From NCBI RefSeq assembly GCF_006345805.1, contig NC_042998.1, positions 70,928,001 to 70,992,000 on the forward strand: DNA of 64,000 nt. Direction: 5' to 3'. The position numbers and the translations under genes are program-made. The notes under the pieces are model-generated. The model saw nothing but the letters and a program-made list of their open reading frames with translations, was not told where the DNA came from and searched no databases. Of the stretch, positions 40,174-52,878 are shown piece by piece. How positions within the stretch are numbered: the first letter of the stretch is position 1; every line of letters starts with the position of its first letter. This stretch comes from Octopus sinensis. Its lineage: Eukaryota.

Positions 40174-41688
40174 TATATATATATATATATATCTATATAT
40201 ATATATATATATATAGAAAGCCCATCAGCCTTTAAGAGTTAGTTAATAGCTACAGCCTCTTGTGAATAGCAGTAATGTGATTAATGTGGCAAATACCTAA
40301 TCATATAAAACGGGATGATACCTACCCTCATTGTGTTCAACCATTGAAAAATTTATCGCCTGTGATATGAAATCATCTCCATTTCTCTGGAAATTTACAT
40401 CTAAACCATTGGAATTTGTTGCATCTATACAAAGGATTAATTCACCCTCTCTGTAATGCTAATAAGCAGGAATTGAGACCCACCTCGTTGTAATAACATG
40501 GATAAATGTGTTTGTGAGTATATAATCCCTCATCATATCTTGGAAATGCATTATGGATTAGGTCACCTTCTCTGTGATGCTATCAAACTTTTTTAAAATT
40601 CTGTGATAAGACTGTACATCATTTTTAAAGAACTTTAATGACTTTAGAAATCTGGTTTATGTTACTTAATTATCACATTACTTCATGAGTATAGCTCAAA
40701 CACTAGGATGTCTAGAGAACTCACATGTATTTTAGCTGATGAGTACGGGACTCGTTTATATGCTGTAATCTTTGCAACTTTTAATAAAACCTGTCCTTGT
40801 ATGAAACGATCGTACTAAAAACCTATCCATTCTTGTTGCTTCTTTCTCGCTTATATATATATATATATATATATATTGGGTTGCTAATGTATATATAAAA
40901 ATAAACAACTGTACCATGTGATACCATAAAGGGAAATATAATTGTCGCTAAACTTGATTAAGGTTGTCAAGATACAACACTATACATCTGCTAAATCATC
41001 CATAAATTTTTATAGTAAATACATATACACTGGCAGAGAATTGGTCCAGAATCTACCGAAGGAGCGGTTCTTACAGAAGACGGCTACGGAAATAGCCGAA
41101 ACTGAGCGTTGAGCTATTATAGAAGAAAGTGTCCCCTACTTCCATGCATAGTTATATATGTAAGTAGTCAAACCATGTATAGATGTAGATGAAATAAGAG
41201 GAAGAATGTTTATGCTTTTTCCGATATTGAATAGTTTCATAAATTGATGTGAAATAATGTACTTTTTCATGCAAAATTTCATGCCTTAAATTCATGAAAT
41301 ATTTCCGAAGCGTAGTATATTATTAGAAACAATGAAATGATAGAGACCAATCTTTCAAACCAGAGATTGTCTATCAGAGGAAGACATTTATTAGTAAGGC
41401 TATATTGAACTCACGCCCACATCATTACACGAACAGTGTGTTTTATGTGTGTGATCTCTTAAAGTGCGTCAGAATTGATAGAATCTTTAATATAAAATCA
41501 ATGTATATTTATTTTAGTTAGGATTTAAGAACTTCAGTTCTTATCAAAACACAAAGTAGAAAAATATAGTTATCTGTAATTATGTTAGTAACAAAAGGTG
41601 ATAAATGTTAATGTCAAACGCGATGCTATATATATATGTGTGTGCGCGCGCGTGTGTGTGTATGCGTGTGTTTTTGTACATGCATCGA

Positions 41689-41726
<38 letters not shown>

Positions 41727-42319
41727 GCTATCTCTATAATATATTGATACTCATGTACAGATATACAAAACACATATAACAGCATATATCCAGAAGTCCC
41801 TTGGGATCAGTACTACCTCTGGAATGAACAACTATGAGCACCAGAAAATCAATTTCATCTTTAAAAAAGCATTATCGATTTGTGTGGGAGTGAAGTAAGT
41901 GTTTGTACATAACAAATAATAGATTTTCACATGACTGAACAGAAATATTGATAAAAATAATGAAAAATGGTGATGAAATAATGCGTGTGTATATAAATGC
42001 ATTTATGAATACACGCAGTCTTATCCACCTATACATTCACATATATTCAATGGGGCGAAAAAATTAAAAAATTTCTTCAACATGTTCCAAAAGCATAATA
42101 CATATATATATGAGAAGAGGCGATGCTTTGTTTATTTATTTGCCATGCGTCCACAAAAATTTGAATGTAGAATATACTACGTCGTGGGTGTTTACGCCAC
42201 AGAACAACTCTCATTTACGACGACAGTGTACTTTTCTACTCTAGGTACAAGGCCCAAAGTTTTTGTGGAGGGAGCCAGTCGAATAGATCGACCCCAGTAC
42301 GAAACTGGTACCATAGGTG

Positions 42320-42633
42320 CAGGAGTGGCTGTCTGGTAAGTAGCTTGCTTACCAATCACATGGTTCCGGTTTCATTCCCACTGCATGGCACCTTGTGCAA
42401 GTGTCTTCTACCATAGCCTCGGGCCGACCAAAGCATTGAGAGAGGATTTGGTAGGCGAAACTAAAGAAGCCTGTAGTATATATATATAGTATATATATAT
42501 ATAACTATATATATTGGCCTGCTCGCTTAGCCAGCGGGTGGCGTCCCATTCAAATGCTAAACAATGCGAACGCATTGTGACCAGCGATGTGTAACAACAT
42601 CTGATGGTCTGGTCGGTCACGTGATCACGTGAG

Positions 42634-42689
<56 letters not shown>

Positions 42690-42890
42690 TTGTGTGTCTA
42701 TGTTTGTCCCCCAACATCGCTTGACAACCGATGGTGGTGTATTTACGTCCCCGTCACTTAGCAGTTCGGCAAAAGAGACCGATAGAATAACTACTAGGCT
42801 TATAAAGAATAAGTCCTTGGGTCGATTTGCTCGACTGAAGCCGGTGCTCCAGCATGGCCGAAGTCAAATGACTGAAACAAGTAAAAGAGA
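42320..42890 (+). mobile_element. SINE family 1 with a family 3 fragment nested in its internal microsatellite
   Basis: Head gcaggagtggctgtctggtaag; tail gactgaaacaagtaaaaga; insert 42514-42633. Confidence 0.8.
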
Positions 42891-43452
42891 CCTATTACGA
42901 CGACAGAGTATTCATAACACACTGGGTCGTGGACACAAGAGGTAGAAATATAGTCATATAAAGAACTGATTCTTTAATTTCTGTCACAACTGCCTACAAG
43001 TAAGGTCTGGTCTTCTTTCTAAAATAATGTTTAATTATATATATATATATAATTAAACATGAATCCTATTAACTTTTATATAAAATCCCCCCAAAACTGA
43101 TTCAAGCATTCGTCTCTCACCTTTGTCATTTTCTTCAGTTTCAATCAGGAAATGTCATTGTACGCACTCTAATTACACAAAGTTTACTCGCGCATTATAT
43201 CGTACGTAAGTTATTTTTATGCTTGAATATCTCATGACTACTTGCACTATACAAAACGGAAGATAGCGTATCGTAACAATTCCTAATATTCTTCCTTAAT
43301 GTCTTCGCCATTTTCATCTTCTTATCTACCTTATCTCTCAGTTTCTTATGTATGTTTATTTTCCATCTCCTTTATCTGTTCCATGCTCAGCTATATAGCT
43401 GTATTCTTTGCTATACGCTTAATCCTTGTTCTGATAATAAAATAAGCCGCAT

Positions 43453-43474
43453 ATGTGTATGCGTGTGAGTGTAC

Positions 43475-43505
<31 letters not shown>

Positions 43506-43565
43506 TGTATGTATGTATGTATGTATGTATGTATGTATCTGTCTATCTATCTATCTATCTATCTG

Positions 43566-43637
<72 letters not shown>

Positions 43638-43640
43638 CCT
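43453..43640. repeat. (TATG)n(TATC)n microsatellite
   Basis: Directly visible. Confidence 0.95.
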
Positions 43641-44928
43641 ACCTGTTTATCTATTTGTGTGTGTTTTAGAATATGTATATGCATATATGCATGTATATAT
43701 GTGCGTGTTGTATGTATGCACTTGATAATCTGGTTTTCTAAAATCTCTTACAACATACGAAGACACTTGTAAAAGTACGATCTCTGTGGATAGAAAACTC
43801 GCAAGATTCATATTTAATGAATCGTATTAACTACTAACTTTCTTTTTCTGAAGGTATTCTGTCTTTAATACGTTTCCTTAACAACATGCAAACATGAGAA
43901 ATATCTTATCTCTGGTAGCTATATAAATCGTTATAACCGACAAATAAATAAATGATCTTAGCAAGAAATATTTATTTCGTTTCTCTCTAACTAATGTGAA
44001 ATTTTGTATTTAAATTTATCAGTCGATTGGGCAATGTTGATTTTAATATTTGCACCTAATTTATCAAAGAATGTACCCACGAAACATTACATTAGCTACG
44101 GGGTTACGTACCATCTTCTATCTTCAATATACGTTTTTGACAAGAAAAGAGGCAAGCTGGCAGAATCGTAAGAACGCCGGTCAAACTGTTCAGCAGCATT
44201 TCGTTTGTCTTTTCGTTCTAAGTTTCATATAACGCCATCCTTCTGAGATCAATTGTGCCTTTCATACTTTCGGATGAGAACTGGGGTCAATGTAATCAAC
44301 TTGCTTCCTCTCCCGAAATTTCTGGTCTTGTTCCAATTTTGAAACCAATGTATATTTTAACAGACACGCACAATCCTTTGAAGATTTTGGTACTTACTTC
44401 AGGAAACTTTATTCATATCATATTTAGGTTTAGGATAGTAAGCATAACAAAATGAAGAATATTTAAGAATGATGTTATGTTACGAACTAATGAGTACGAA
44501 TGAAACTTCAAATTATCTCGGATTTTACATGATGAATCTTTGTATCTCTTACTTGTTTCCCACTAAAGTATTGGAGGGTGAAACTGTTGGCATACATGGC
44601 TGAGACCGAAATAAGGAAACTGAAATAAAAGAACGTACAGACAAAAATGCTGAACAGAGACATTCATGAAAAGAAGATGAGAGAAAGAATATGGTCCCTT
44701 AGAAATGAAACTATGACTTTACATGTATTGTTATCATTTAGAAAGACAACTATTCAAAGAGCGGCGAAATCCTGCTGGGTGGTATATGAATTATATTGCT
44801 TTCAAATTTTTGCAAAAGGCCTGCGATTTCAGGAGGGGGCGGTAGAGTTAGGACGCTTGCATCGATCACAGTATTCAACTGGTGCGGTCACATTATATAT
44901 TATTATATATAATATTATTATATATATA

Positions 44929-45208
44929 TTCAACAATATTAAGGAATTGCCCTGATAGGCCATTACCAAAGTGTCGAAATTATGCATAGTCCAAAGATGA
45001 TAAGGGTAAATGTTTTTATTTCTCCTTTGGTTTCAGAATTACAACTATTTAGCGGTTTGAGTTTGGCTGCTCTTTCTAGTGGGTCGAATGGCCTATCAGG
45101 CCCATTCCTTAATATTGTAGAATTTATATATATATATATAGTCTGTGACTATTTCTCTTTCTCACTAGACCGCTGGTGGCGAAAAATTTTTCTTGAATTT
45201 TTTGCTAC

Positions 45209-45212
<4 letters not shown>
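44929..45212 (+). mobile_element. Diverged, 5'-truncated and inverted copy of the hammerhead-bearing repeat family
   Basis: 44968-45212 aligns to the reverse complement of the 50.5-52.9 kb unit; retains the 3' half of the ribozyme (GAAA-ttatgcatag-TC); 44929-44967 is an inverted copy of 45087-45123. Confidence 0.75.
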
Positions 45213-45244
<32 letters not shown>

Positions 45245-45717
45245 GTGTCATTCATTTCAATGACAGTCCTATGTTATCTGTAAGTGATGTATATTCCCAA
45301 CAGGAATGCTATGTTACAGTCAAGCCTTCAATAATTTTTGTAGGATGTTGCGGTATATCACAAATATCTAAACATTTAGTCACGCTATTTCAAACAATAT
45401 TTGGTTCCACACATACACACACACCCATACATGCACATACACATACACACACACACAAACACACACGCACACGTACACACAAGCACACACAACACATACA
45501 CACACACACACAAACAAACCTATTCACTTTTGTGTGCACACATGCGCGAGCACAAATTAATTATATAAAATACATACATTATCTTTACCATGTATCAAGA
45601 CATACGAAGATGATTGAAGGTTTTAGTAAAAAAAAAAAACCGTCTTGGTCTAATACAGTAGCTATTTATAAAGCGGAGTTTCTTTGTCAGCATATAAAAA
45701 TATACACAGACACACGC

Positions 45718-45766
<49 letters not shown>

Positions 45767-46569
45767 TGCATATATTATGTATGGACCAAGCAACAGGTAT
45801 CTCGTTATCATAAGTGTTGTCTTCATCGACGGAGTAGAGAAAGACTGCTGCCATCAGTAAAGTCCTGCTATTATATACGAGTTTATACAAGGAGCACTAC
45901 ACTACAGTATATCCTAAATATGTGAGGCAGCTGTGATGTCAGTACAATCATTTTATATTCAAATTCACTATATTAACATACACCACTAGAAATGATATTT
46001 AATGTCAAAATACAACGAGGAGATATTCAACAGCTTCCACCAAGAGATATGATTGTTATATTTCAGACACATATCAACAGTCAAGGTACTAGCTTTTTTT
46101 TTTTTTTGTATGTTGACTTAATTTTACGAGAGTCGAATACACTAATAAACATGCCTTACATTTAGGCACTGCTTTAAATCATAGATATTTTGGTTGATTA
46201 CAATGTTTATGGCTTTGCTTTCTGGACTAGCTGGCGTATAGATATCATTTTTTTCTAAGACGATGTTTTTTTATAGACCATTGATGAAGGTGGTAAGAAA
46301 ACATAATTTTATATGTAAAGGTTACGCTTGAGAAAAATATTTTTAATTTGTGGTTATGGCGTCTTTGCAGTTAAAATAGTTTTATAGACGTGAGAAAATA
46401 CAATAGCTGACAATTATCCAATTATACGTATAAAAAATAATAGGAAAGTATACGAGACATTATGAGTTTTGTTGCTAATCTAGAGCTTCATATCTACCAG
46501 CATTGGTAACTGAGGTAACAGAGACATATAGAAACTTAGATATCTGTCTCAAACAAAGAAATAAAATGG

Positions 46570-47503
46570 GCGGAATTCTGGTTTAAGCCCTCCATAAAAC
46601 TCCTCATAATTTTAAAATTTCGGGTATTTTCAAAAAATCTTTGCGTATTTGTATTTTACTCGCGGGAATTCATACGAATAGGCATAAAAAGTTGTGTGTC
46701 ATTTAAGGGCTGTTTAGCTGTTGTTTATAGCACGTATCACGACCAACTGATACCCTCGTCATTTCTTTGTCACTCTGACGCATTGATGTTTTTCAATATC
46801 TTTCCTCCCATGGGGTGGCGAGCTGGCAGAATCATTAGGACGAAATATTTAGCGGTATTTCGTCTGACGTTACGTTCTGAGTTCAAAAGCCGCCGAGGTC
46901 AACTTTGCCTTTCATTCTTTCGGGGTCAATTAAATGAGTACCAGTTGCGCATTGGGGTCGATGTAATCGGACTTAACCCCTTTGTCTGTCCTTGTTTGTC
47001 CCATCTATGTTTAGCCCCCTATGGGCAATGAAGAAATAAATATCTTTCTCCCCATAAACACATTTAATGGTCTATTACTCTTTTACTCTTTTACTTGTTT
47101 CAGTCATTTGACTGCGGCCATGCTGGAGCACCGCCTTCAATCGAGCAACTCGACCCCGGGACTTATTCTTTGTAAGCCCAGTACTTATTTTATCGGTCTT
47201 TTTTGCCGAACCGCTAGGTGACGGGGACGTAAACACACCAGCATCAGTTGTCAAGCAATGCTAGGGGTACAAACACACACACTGAGATTTAAGCAAAAAA
47301 TTCAAAGTATCCTTATTCTAAACTCTGAGCTTTTTAAAAATCGAGATATTTAAAAAAAAATCAAAAAAATTCAGAAAAACTCTTTTTTCATAACCATATG
47401 AATTCTCATATGCAGAATACAAATAAGCAAAATTTTATGAAAATACTCAAAAAAAAAAAAACCTTATAAAATATTATACGGAGTGCTTAAAGCGGAATTC
47501 TGC
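46570..47503. mobile_element. Old TIR element (~110-bp imperfect TIRs) with nested SINEs (family 2 at ~46815-47030, family 1 at ~47078-47280)
   Basis: gcggaattctggtttaagccctcc...tgcgtatttgtatt vs aatacaaataagca...ggagtgcttaaagcggaattctgc. Confidence 0.55.
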
Positions 47504-48180
47504 TGTAAATTGACTGGTATTTGGATAGACAAATACATAGATAGGTAGACTGACGAATAGATGTTTTCCGGGAAAGGCATATTGGTATATACAGAGCACG
47601 CTTACCGGCCACTTTTAGAAAGAATTTTCAAACCTCTCTGATATACACGGTCTTGTTCTGAACACAGCAAGTCCGTAGATGTTGCTTCAGGACAAACACT
47701 GCAGTTAGTGGACTATCGGCAGGACAGTACGGCATCCAGATTAGTATTTTAATTAAATAGTGCCTGAATTGTGTATATCGGAATTCTAACCATCGGGCGG
47801 TTATTCACAACGTCAGTGAATGTTTTATTCACTTTTTCGATATATCAGAGACGAAGAATTCTCGCCCGAGCATCCATCAACCTGCGATTACCTACCATAG
47901 AAAAAAAAAATCCCTAAAAGCTAAAATGCATCTGGGCATATCACTGGCTGCCGCTGGCCGCCGCTCACCGCCACACAACGCTGATTACCGCTAGAATGGC
48001 TTCTCTCTGATATTTATTGTTTTAAACCTAATAAGATGTTCTCTAAGGAAAAATACTGCTGCAAATGGACCATCAACAGGGCGTATACATTATATATACT
48101 AGCAGAAAGACCGTCTTCTGGGCGGTTTCTGCTACTAAGATCTGGAATGTGTGTATCTTTATATTACAGAGAGAGAATGT

Positions 48181-48224
<44 letters not shown>

Positions 48225-49505
48225 AAGAGAGAGGGGGATAGAGATCATTGTAAACAATGAATGAAATAAACATGAAATAAAAAATCGTATAAATAAAATC
48301 TCGTTAAAAACTATCTTGTACCGATCATTTAAATTTGTGAACATCAAATGTTCAATAATAATAGTAAATTTTCCTGAAAACATCAATTTATAAAAGATTC
48401 TCATTTGCTTAGTAAATATTTCTTTTAGTAATTTATCGTAGTTTTAATATATCTGTAATTTAAACAAACTTCAAGTTTTAGCGTCCTAGAAATGGCAGTC
48501 TACATAGTTTATTGTAAGGCTTATAATATTCTAAACAACCCTACCAACAAAATCATTTGTTAATTAAAAAAAAAAAATCATACCTGTGTATTAAAAAAAA
48601 ATTCATTTCATCAAAGATAAGCCTCAGAATTATACAGCTATTTTGTCTGATAGCATTCATTCATTCAATAAATGTTTTTTTTACATAACGTATATAGAAT
48701 AAACTGTGGGTTTGCAAATAGCAAATTAAAACTTGAAATGGAAACATTGAGATGAATATATATTAAATTATCTACTGGAAGCACAAGGCCTCAAATTTGG
48801 GCGAAGGGATTAAGTCGATTAGATCGGCCCCAGTGCAGAACTGGTATTTAATTTATCGACCTCAAAATGACGAAAGTTAAAGTCGATCCCGCAGGCATTT
48901 GAACTCAGAACGTGATGACAGACGAAAATATATATTAAATTATCATTAATGAAAAAAGGAGGTGAGAGAGTGTGAAGGACTGTTGCATATGAAAACAGAA
49001 ATTTTCGCCTGCAACGAAGTAATATCGTTTATTAAATCTTCTCCACAGTAAATGCAACGAATATTTAAATTTGTGAAAAACCTGTAGTTCAAATATTCAA
49101 TAATCTTCAGAAATGATCTTTAGGAACATGAATGTATAGAAAATATTTCCAAACTGTCAAGCCTTTAATAATTGCTTTCTTTTAGTAACTGTTACATACC
49201 TAATTAATAAGCAGGTTTCTCCATCATAATTATATATATATATATATATATATACGTTTAAATATTTGTTGTGCAAGATTTATTGGCTAAACTGGCAATA
49301 TGACCATTCCTAAGTATAACAATATTGTAACGCCAATGGATTGTCAAATACCGTATCGGTAAACAAAACATATACTTATTCGTGTGAAAGGTTATCAGGC
49401 GAAAATTAAATTAACATATGTACTTGAAACAAACGCACATAGAGACACATATAAAGAAAGAGAGGGACGGAGAGATAGATAGATAGAGAAAGAGAGAGAG
49501 AGAGA

Positions 49506-49537
<32 letters not shown>

Positions 49538-49555
49538 AGGTATGTATATATGACT

Positions 49556-49619
<64 letters not shown>

Positions 49620-49629
49620 ATAATCCTTT

Positions 49630-49845
49630 CTACTATAGGTACAAGGGCTGAAATTTGGGGGGGGGGTGGAGGCCAGTCGATTAGATCGATCCTAGTACGC
49701 AACTGGTTCTTAATTTATCCGACCCTGAAAGGATGAAAGGCAAAGTCGACCTCAGCGGAGTTTGAACTCAGAACGTTGCAGCAGACGAAACACCGCTAAG
49801 CATTTCGGCCGGCGTGCTAACGATTCTGAAAGCTCACCGCCTTGT
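49630..49845 (-). mobile_element. SINE family 2 copy (others at ~44150-44345 + and ~48775-48925 -)
   Basis: Reverse complement of the family 2 consensus. Confidence 0.75.
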
Positions 49846-50100
49846 ATGTATTTATATATTTGTATATCTCTTGAGTAACAGAGCATTCAATAGAAGGTAA
49901 AGCAGAAAATATAAAAACATTATATTCTTGGATACTGTCAATACAATTTGCTTCGAACCCTTATCTGCAGGCCAGCTTTAAACATGGAACTCTGAGTAGT
50001 ACCCGTGTATTTAGTACTAATGCGTATTACCTCCATCCATCCATCCATACAGATTTATATATGCGTATATATAAATATAAATATAAATATATATATATAT

Positions 50101-50411
50101 ATCACCGTGATCACCGTGACCGACCAGACCATCAGATGTTGCTACACATCGCTGGTCACAATGCGCTTCGCATTGTTTTAGCCTTCGAACGACGCCACCC
50201 CGCTGGCTAAGCGAGCAGGCCAACAGAAGAAAGAGTGAGAGAAAGTTGTGGCGAAAGAGTACAGCAGGGATCGCCACCACCCCCTGTCGGAGCCTCGTGG
50301 AGTTTTTAGGTGTTTTCGCTCAATAAACACTCACAAGGCCGCTCTGGGAATCGAAACCGCGATCCTACGACCGCGAGTCCGCTGCCCTAACCACTGGGCC
50401 ATTGCGCCTCC
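50101..50411 (-). mobile_element. tRNA-derived SINE, family 3
   Basis: Reverse complement of 39886-40173. Confidence 0.8.
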
Positions 50412-50454
50412 ATATGTTGTATTAATATATATATATATTATATATATTATATAT

Positions 50455-50539
<85 letters not shown>

Positions 50540-50757
50540 TAATCAATTTAGGGTAGCAAAAAATTCAGTAAAAATTTATCGCTACCAGCGGCCTAATGGA
50601 AAAGAGAAAATAGTCAAAGACTAAATATGTATAAAATAACAATTTAGGAATGGCCTAGACAGGCATTCGTCCACTAGAAAGAGCAGCCATAACTCCAACC
50701 GCCAAGTAGTGTAATTCGGAAATAAGGTGAAAATTTAAAAACATTTACCCTAATTCA

Positions 50758-50857
50758 TCTTTTATACGATGCATCGTTTCAGTGTCTTTAATGATAGACC
50801 AGCTTAATAAATTAAATTAAGCTAGTCTACCATAGGTCACACTTCATCAGTAAAAGA
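50758..50857 (-). ncRNA. Type I hammerhead ribozyme, copy 1
   Basis: ucuuuua-CUGAUGA-AGUGU-[long hairpin]-ACACU-GAAA-CGAUGCAUCG-UA^uaaaaga; predicted cut between 50765 and 50764. Confidence 0.8.
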
Positions 50858-51228
50858 AACCTGGGAGAGACGGATATATACGAGGCGACTGTATCAATGC
50901 CTCGGAATATCTGTCTTAAAATTTTCAAGACCAACGCATTCGCGCCAAACTTATCGGCAGCAAATATAAACTGCCGATTCAATCTCAGAATTAGTCAGAA
51001 AATATCAATTAATCAATTTAGGGTAGCAAAAAATTCAGTAAAAATTTATCGCTACCAGCGGCCTAATGGAAAAGAGAAAATAGTCAAAGACTAAATATGT
51101 ATAAATATAACAATTTAGGAATGGCCTAGACAGGCCATCGTCCACTAGAAAGAGCAGCCATAACTCCAACCGCCAAGTAGTGTAATTCGGAAATAAGGTG
51201 AAAATTTAAAAACATTTACCCTAATTCA

Positions 51229-51333
51229 TCTTTTATACGATGCATCGTTTCAGTGTCTTTAATGATAGACCAGCTTAATTAATTAAATTAAATTAAGCTA
51301 GTCTACCATAGGTCACACTTCATCAGTAAAAGA
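51229..51333 (-). ncRNA. Type I hammerhead ribozyme, copy 2
   Basis: Same core and stems; predicted cut 51236/51235. Confidence 0.8.
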
Positions 51334-51706
51334 AACCTGGGAGAGACGGATATATACGAGGCGACTGTATCAATGCCTCGGGAATATCTGTCTTAAAATT
51401 TTCAAGACCAACGCATTCGCGCCAAACTTATCGGCAGCAAATATAAACTGCCGATTCAATCTCAGAATTAGTCAGAAAATTATCAATTAATCAATTTAGG
51501 GTAGCAAAAAATTCAGTAAAAATTTATCGCTACCAGCGGCCTAATGGAAAAGAGAAAATAGTCAAAGACTAAATATGTATAAATATAACAATTTAGGAAT
51601 GGCCTAGACAGGCCATTCGTCCACTAGAAAGAGCAGCCATAACTCCAACCGCCAAGTAGTGTAATTCGGAATAAGGTGAAAATTTAAAAACATTTACCCT
51701 AATTCA

Positions 51707-51807
51707 TCTTTTATACGATGCATCGTTTCAGTGTCTTTAATGATAGACCAGCTTAATTAAATTAAATTAAGCTAGTCTACCATAGGTCACACTTCATCAG
51801 TAAAAGA
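51707..51807 (-). ncRNA. Type I hammerhead ribozyme, copy 3
   Basis: Same core and stems; predicted cut 51714/51713. Confidence 0.8.
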
Positions 51808-52180
51808 AACCTGGGAGAGACGGATATATACGAGGCGACTGTATCATGCCTCGGGAATATCTGTCTTAAAATTTTCAAGACCAACGCATTCGCGCCAAAC
51901 TTATCGGCAGCAAATATAAACTGCCGATTCAATCTCAGAATTAGTCAGAAAATTATCAATTAATCAATTTAGGGTAGCAAAAAATTCAGTAAAAATTTAT
52001 CGCTACCAGCGGCCTAATGGAAAAGAGAAAATAGTCAAAGACTAAATATGTATAAATATAACAATTTAGGAATGGCCTAGACAGGCCATTCGTCCACTAG
52101 AAAGAGCAGCCATAACTCCAACCGCCAAGTAGTGTAATTCGGAAATAAGGTGAAAATTTAAAAACATTTACCCTAATTCA

Positions 52181-52280
52181 TCTTTTATACGATGCATCGT
52201 TTCAGTGTCTTTAATGATAGACCAGCTTAATTAAATTAATTAAGCTAGTCTACCATAGGTCACACTTCATCAGTAAAAGA
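52181..52280 (-). ncRNA. Type I hammerhead ribozyme, copy 4
   Basis: Same core and stems; predicted cut 52188/52187. Confidence 0.8.
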
Positions 52281-52878
52281 AACTGGGAGAGACGGATATA
52301 TACGAGGCGACTGTATCAATGCCTCGGGAATATCTGTCTTAAAATTTTCAAGACCAACGCATTCGCGCCAAACTTATCGGCAGCAAATATAACTGCCGAT
52401 TCAATCTCAGAATTAGTCAGAAAATTATCAATTAATCAATTTAGGGTAGCAAAAAATTCAGTAAAAATTTATCGCTACCAGCGGCCTAAAATGGAAAGGA
52501 AAATAGTCAAAGACTAAAATGTATAAATATAACAATTTAGGAATGGCCTAGACAGGCCATTCGTCCACTAGAAAGAGCAGCCATAACTCCAACCGCCAAG
52601 TAGTGTAATTCGGAAATAAGGTGAAAATTTAAAAACATTTACCCTAATTCATCTTTTATACGATGCATCGTTTCAGTGTCTTTAATGATAGACTAGCTTA
52701 ATTTAATTTAATTAAGCTGGTCTATCATTAAAGACACTGAAACGATGCATCGTATAAAAGATGAATTAGGGTAAATGTTTTTAATTTTCACCTTATTTCC
52801 GAATTACACTACTTGGCGGTTGGAGTTATGGCTGCTCTTTCTAGTGGACGAATGCCTGTCTAGGCCATTCCTAAATGT

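Noticed and set aside
40320-40560. Weak RNase H-like string (ELILCIDA) on the minus strand
   Set aside because: Short and interrupted, with no supporting RT or integrase motifs
40735-40765. CTGATGAG...CTC hammerhead-like start
   Set aside because: GAAA replaced by GTTT; no stems I or III
50537-52690. CRISPR-like or plain satellite reading of the tandem array
   Set aside because: No unique spacers and a eukaryotic context; the ribozyme motif and dispersed relative explain it better than a satellite
52652-52761. Fifth and sixth hammerhead at the fold-back
   Set aside because: Only the GAAA/stem III/cleavage half is present on each strand; CUGAUGA was lost at the inversion
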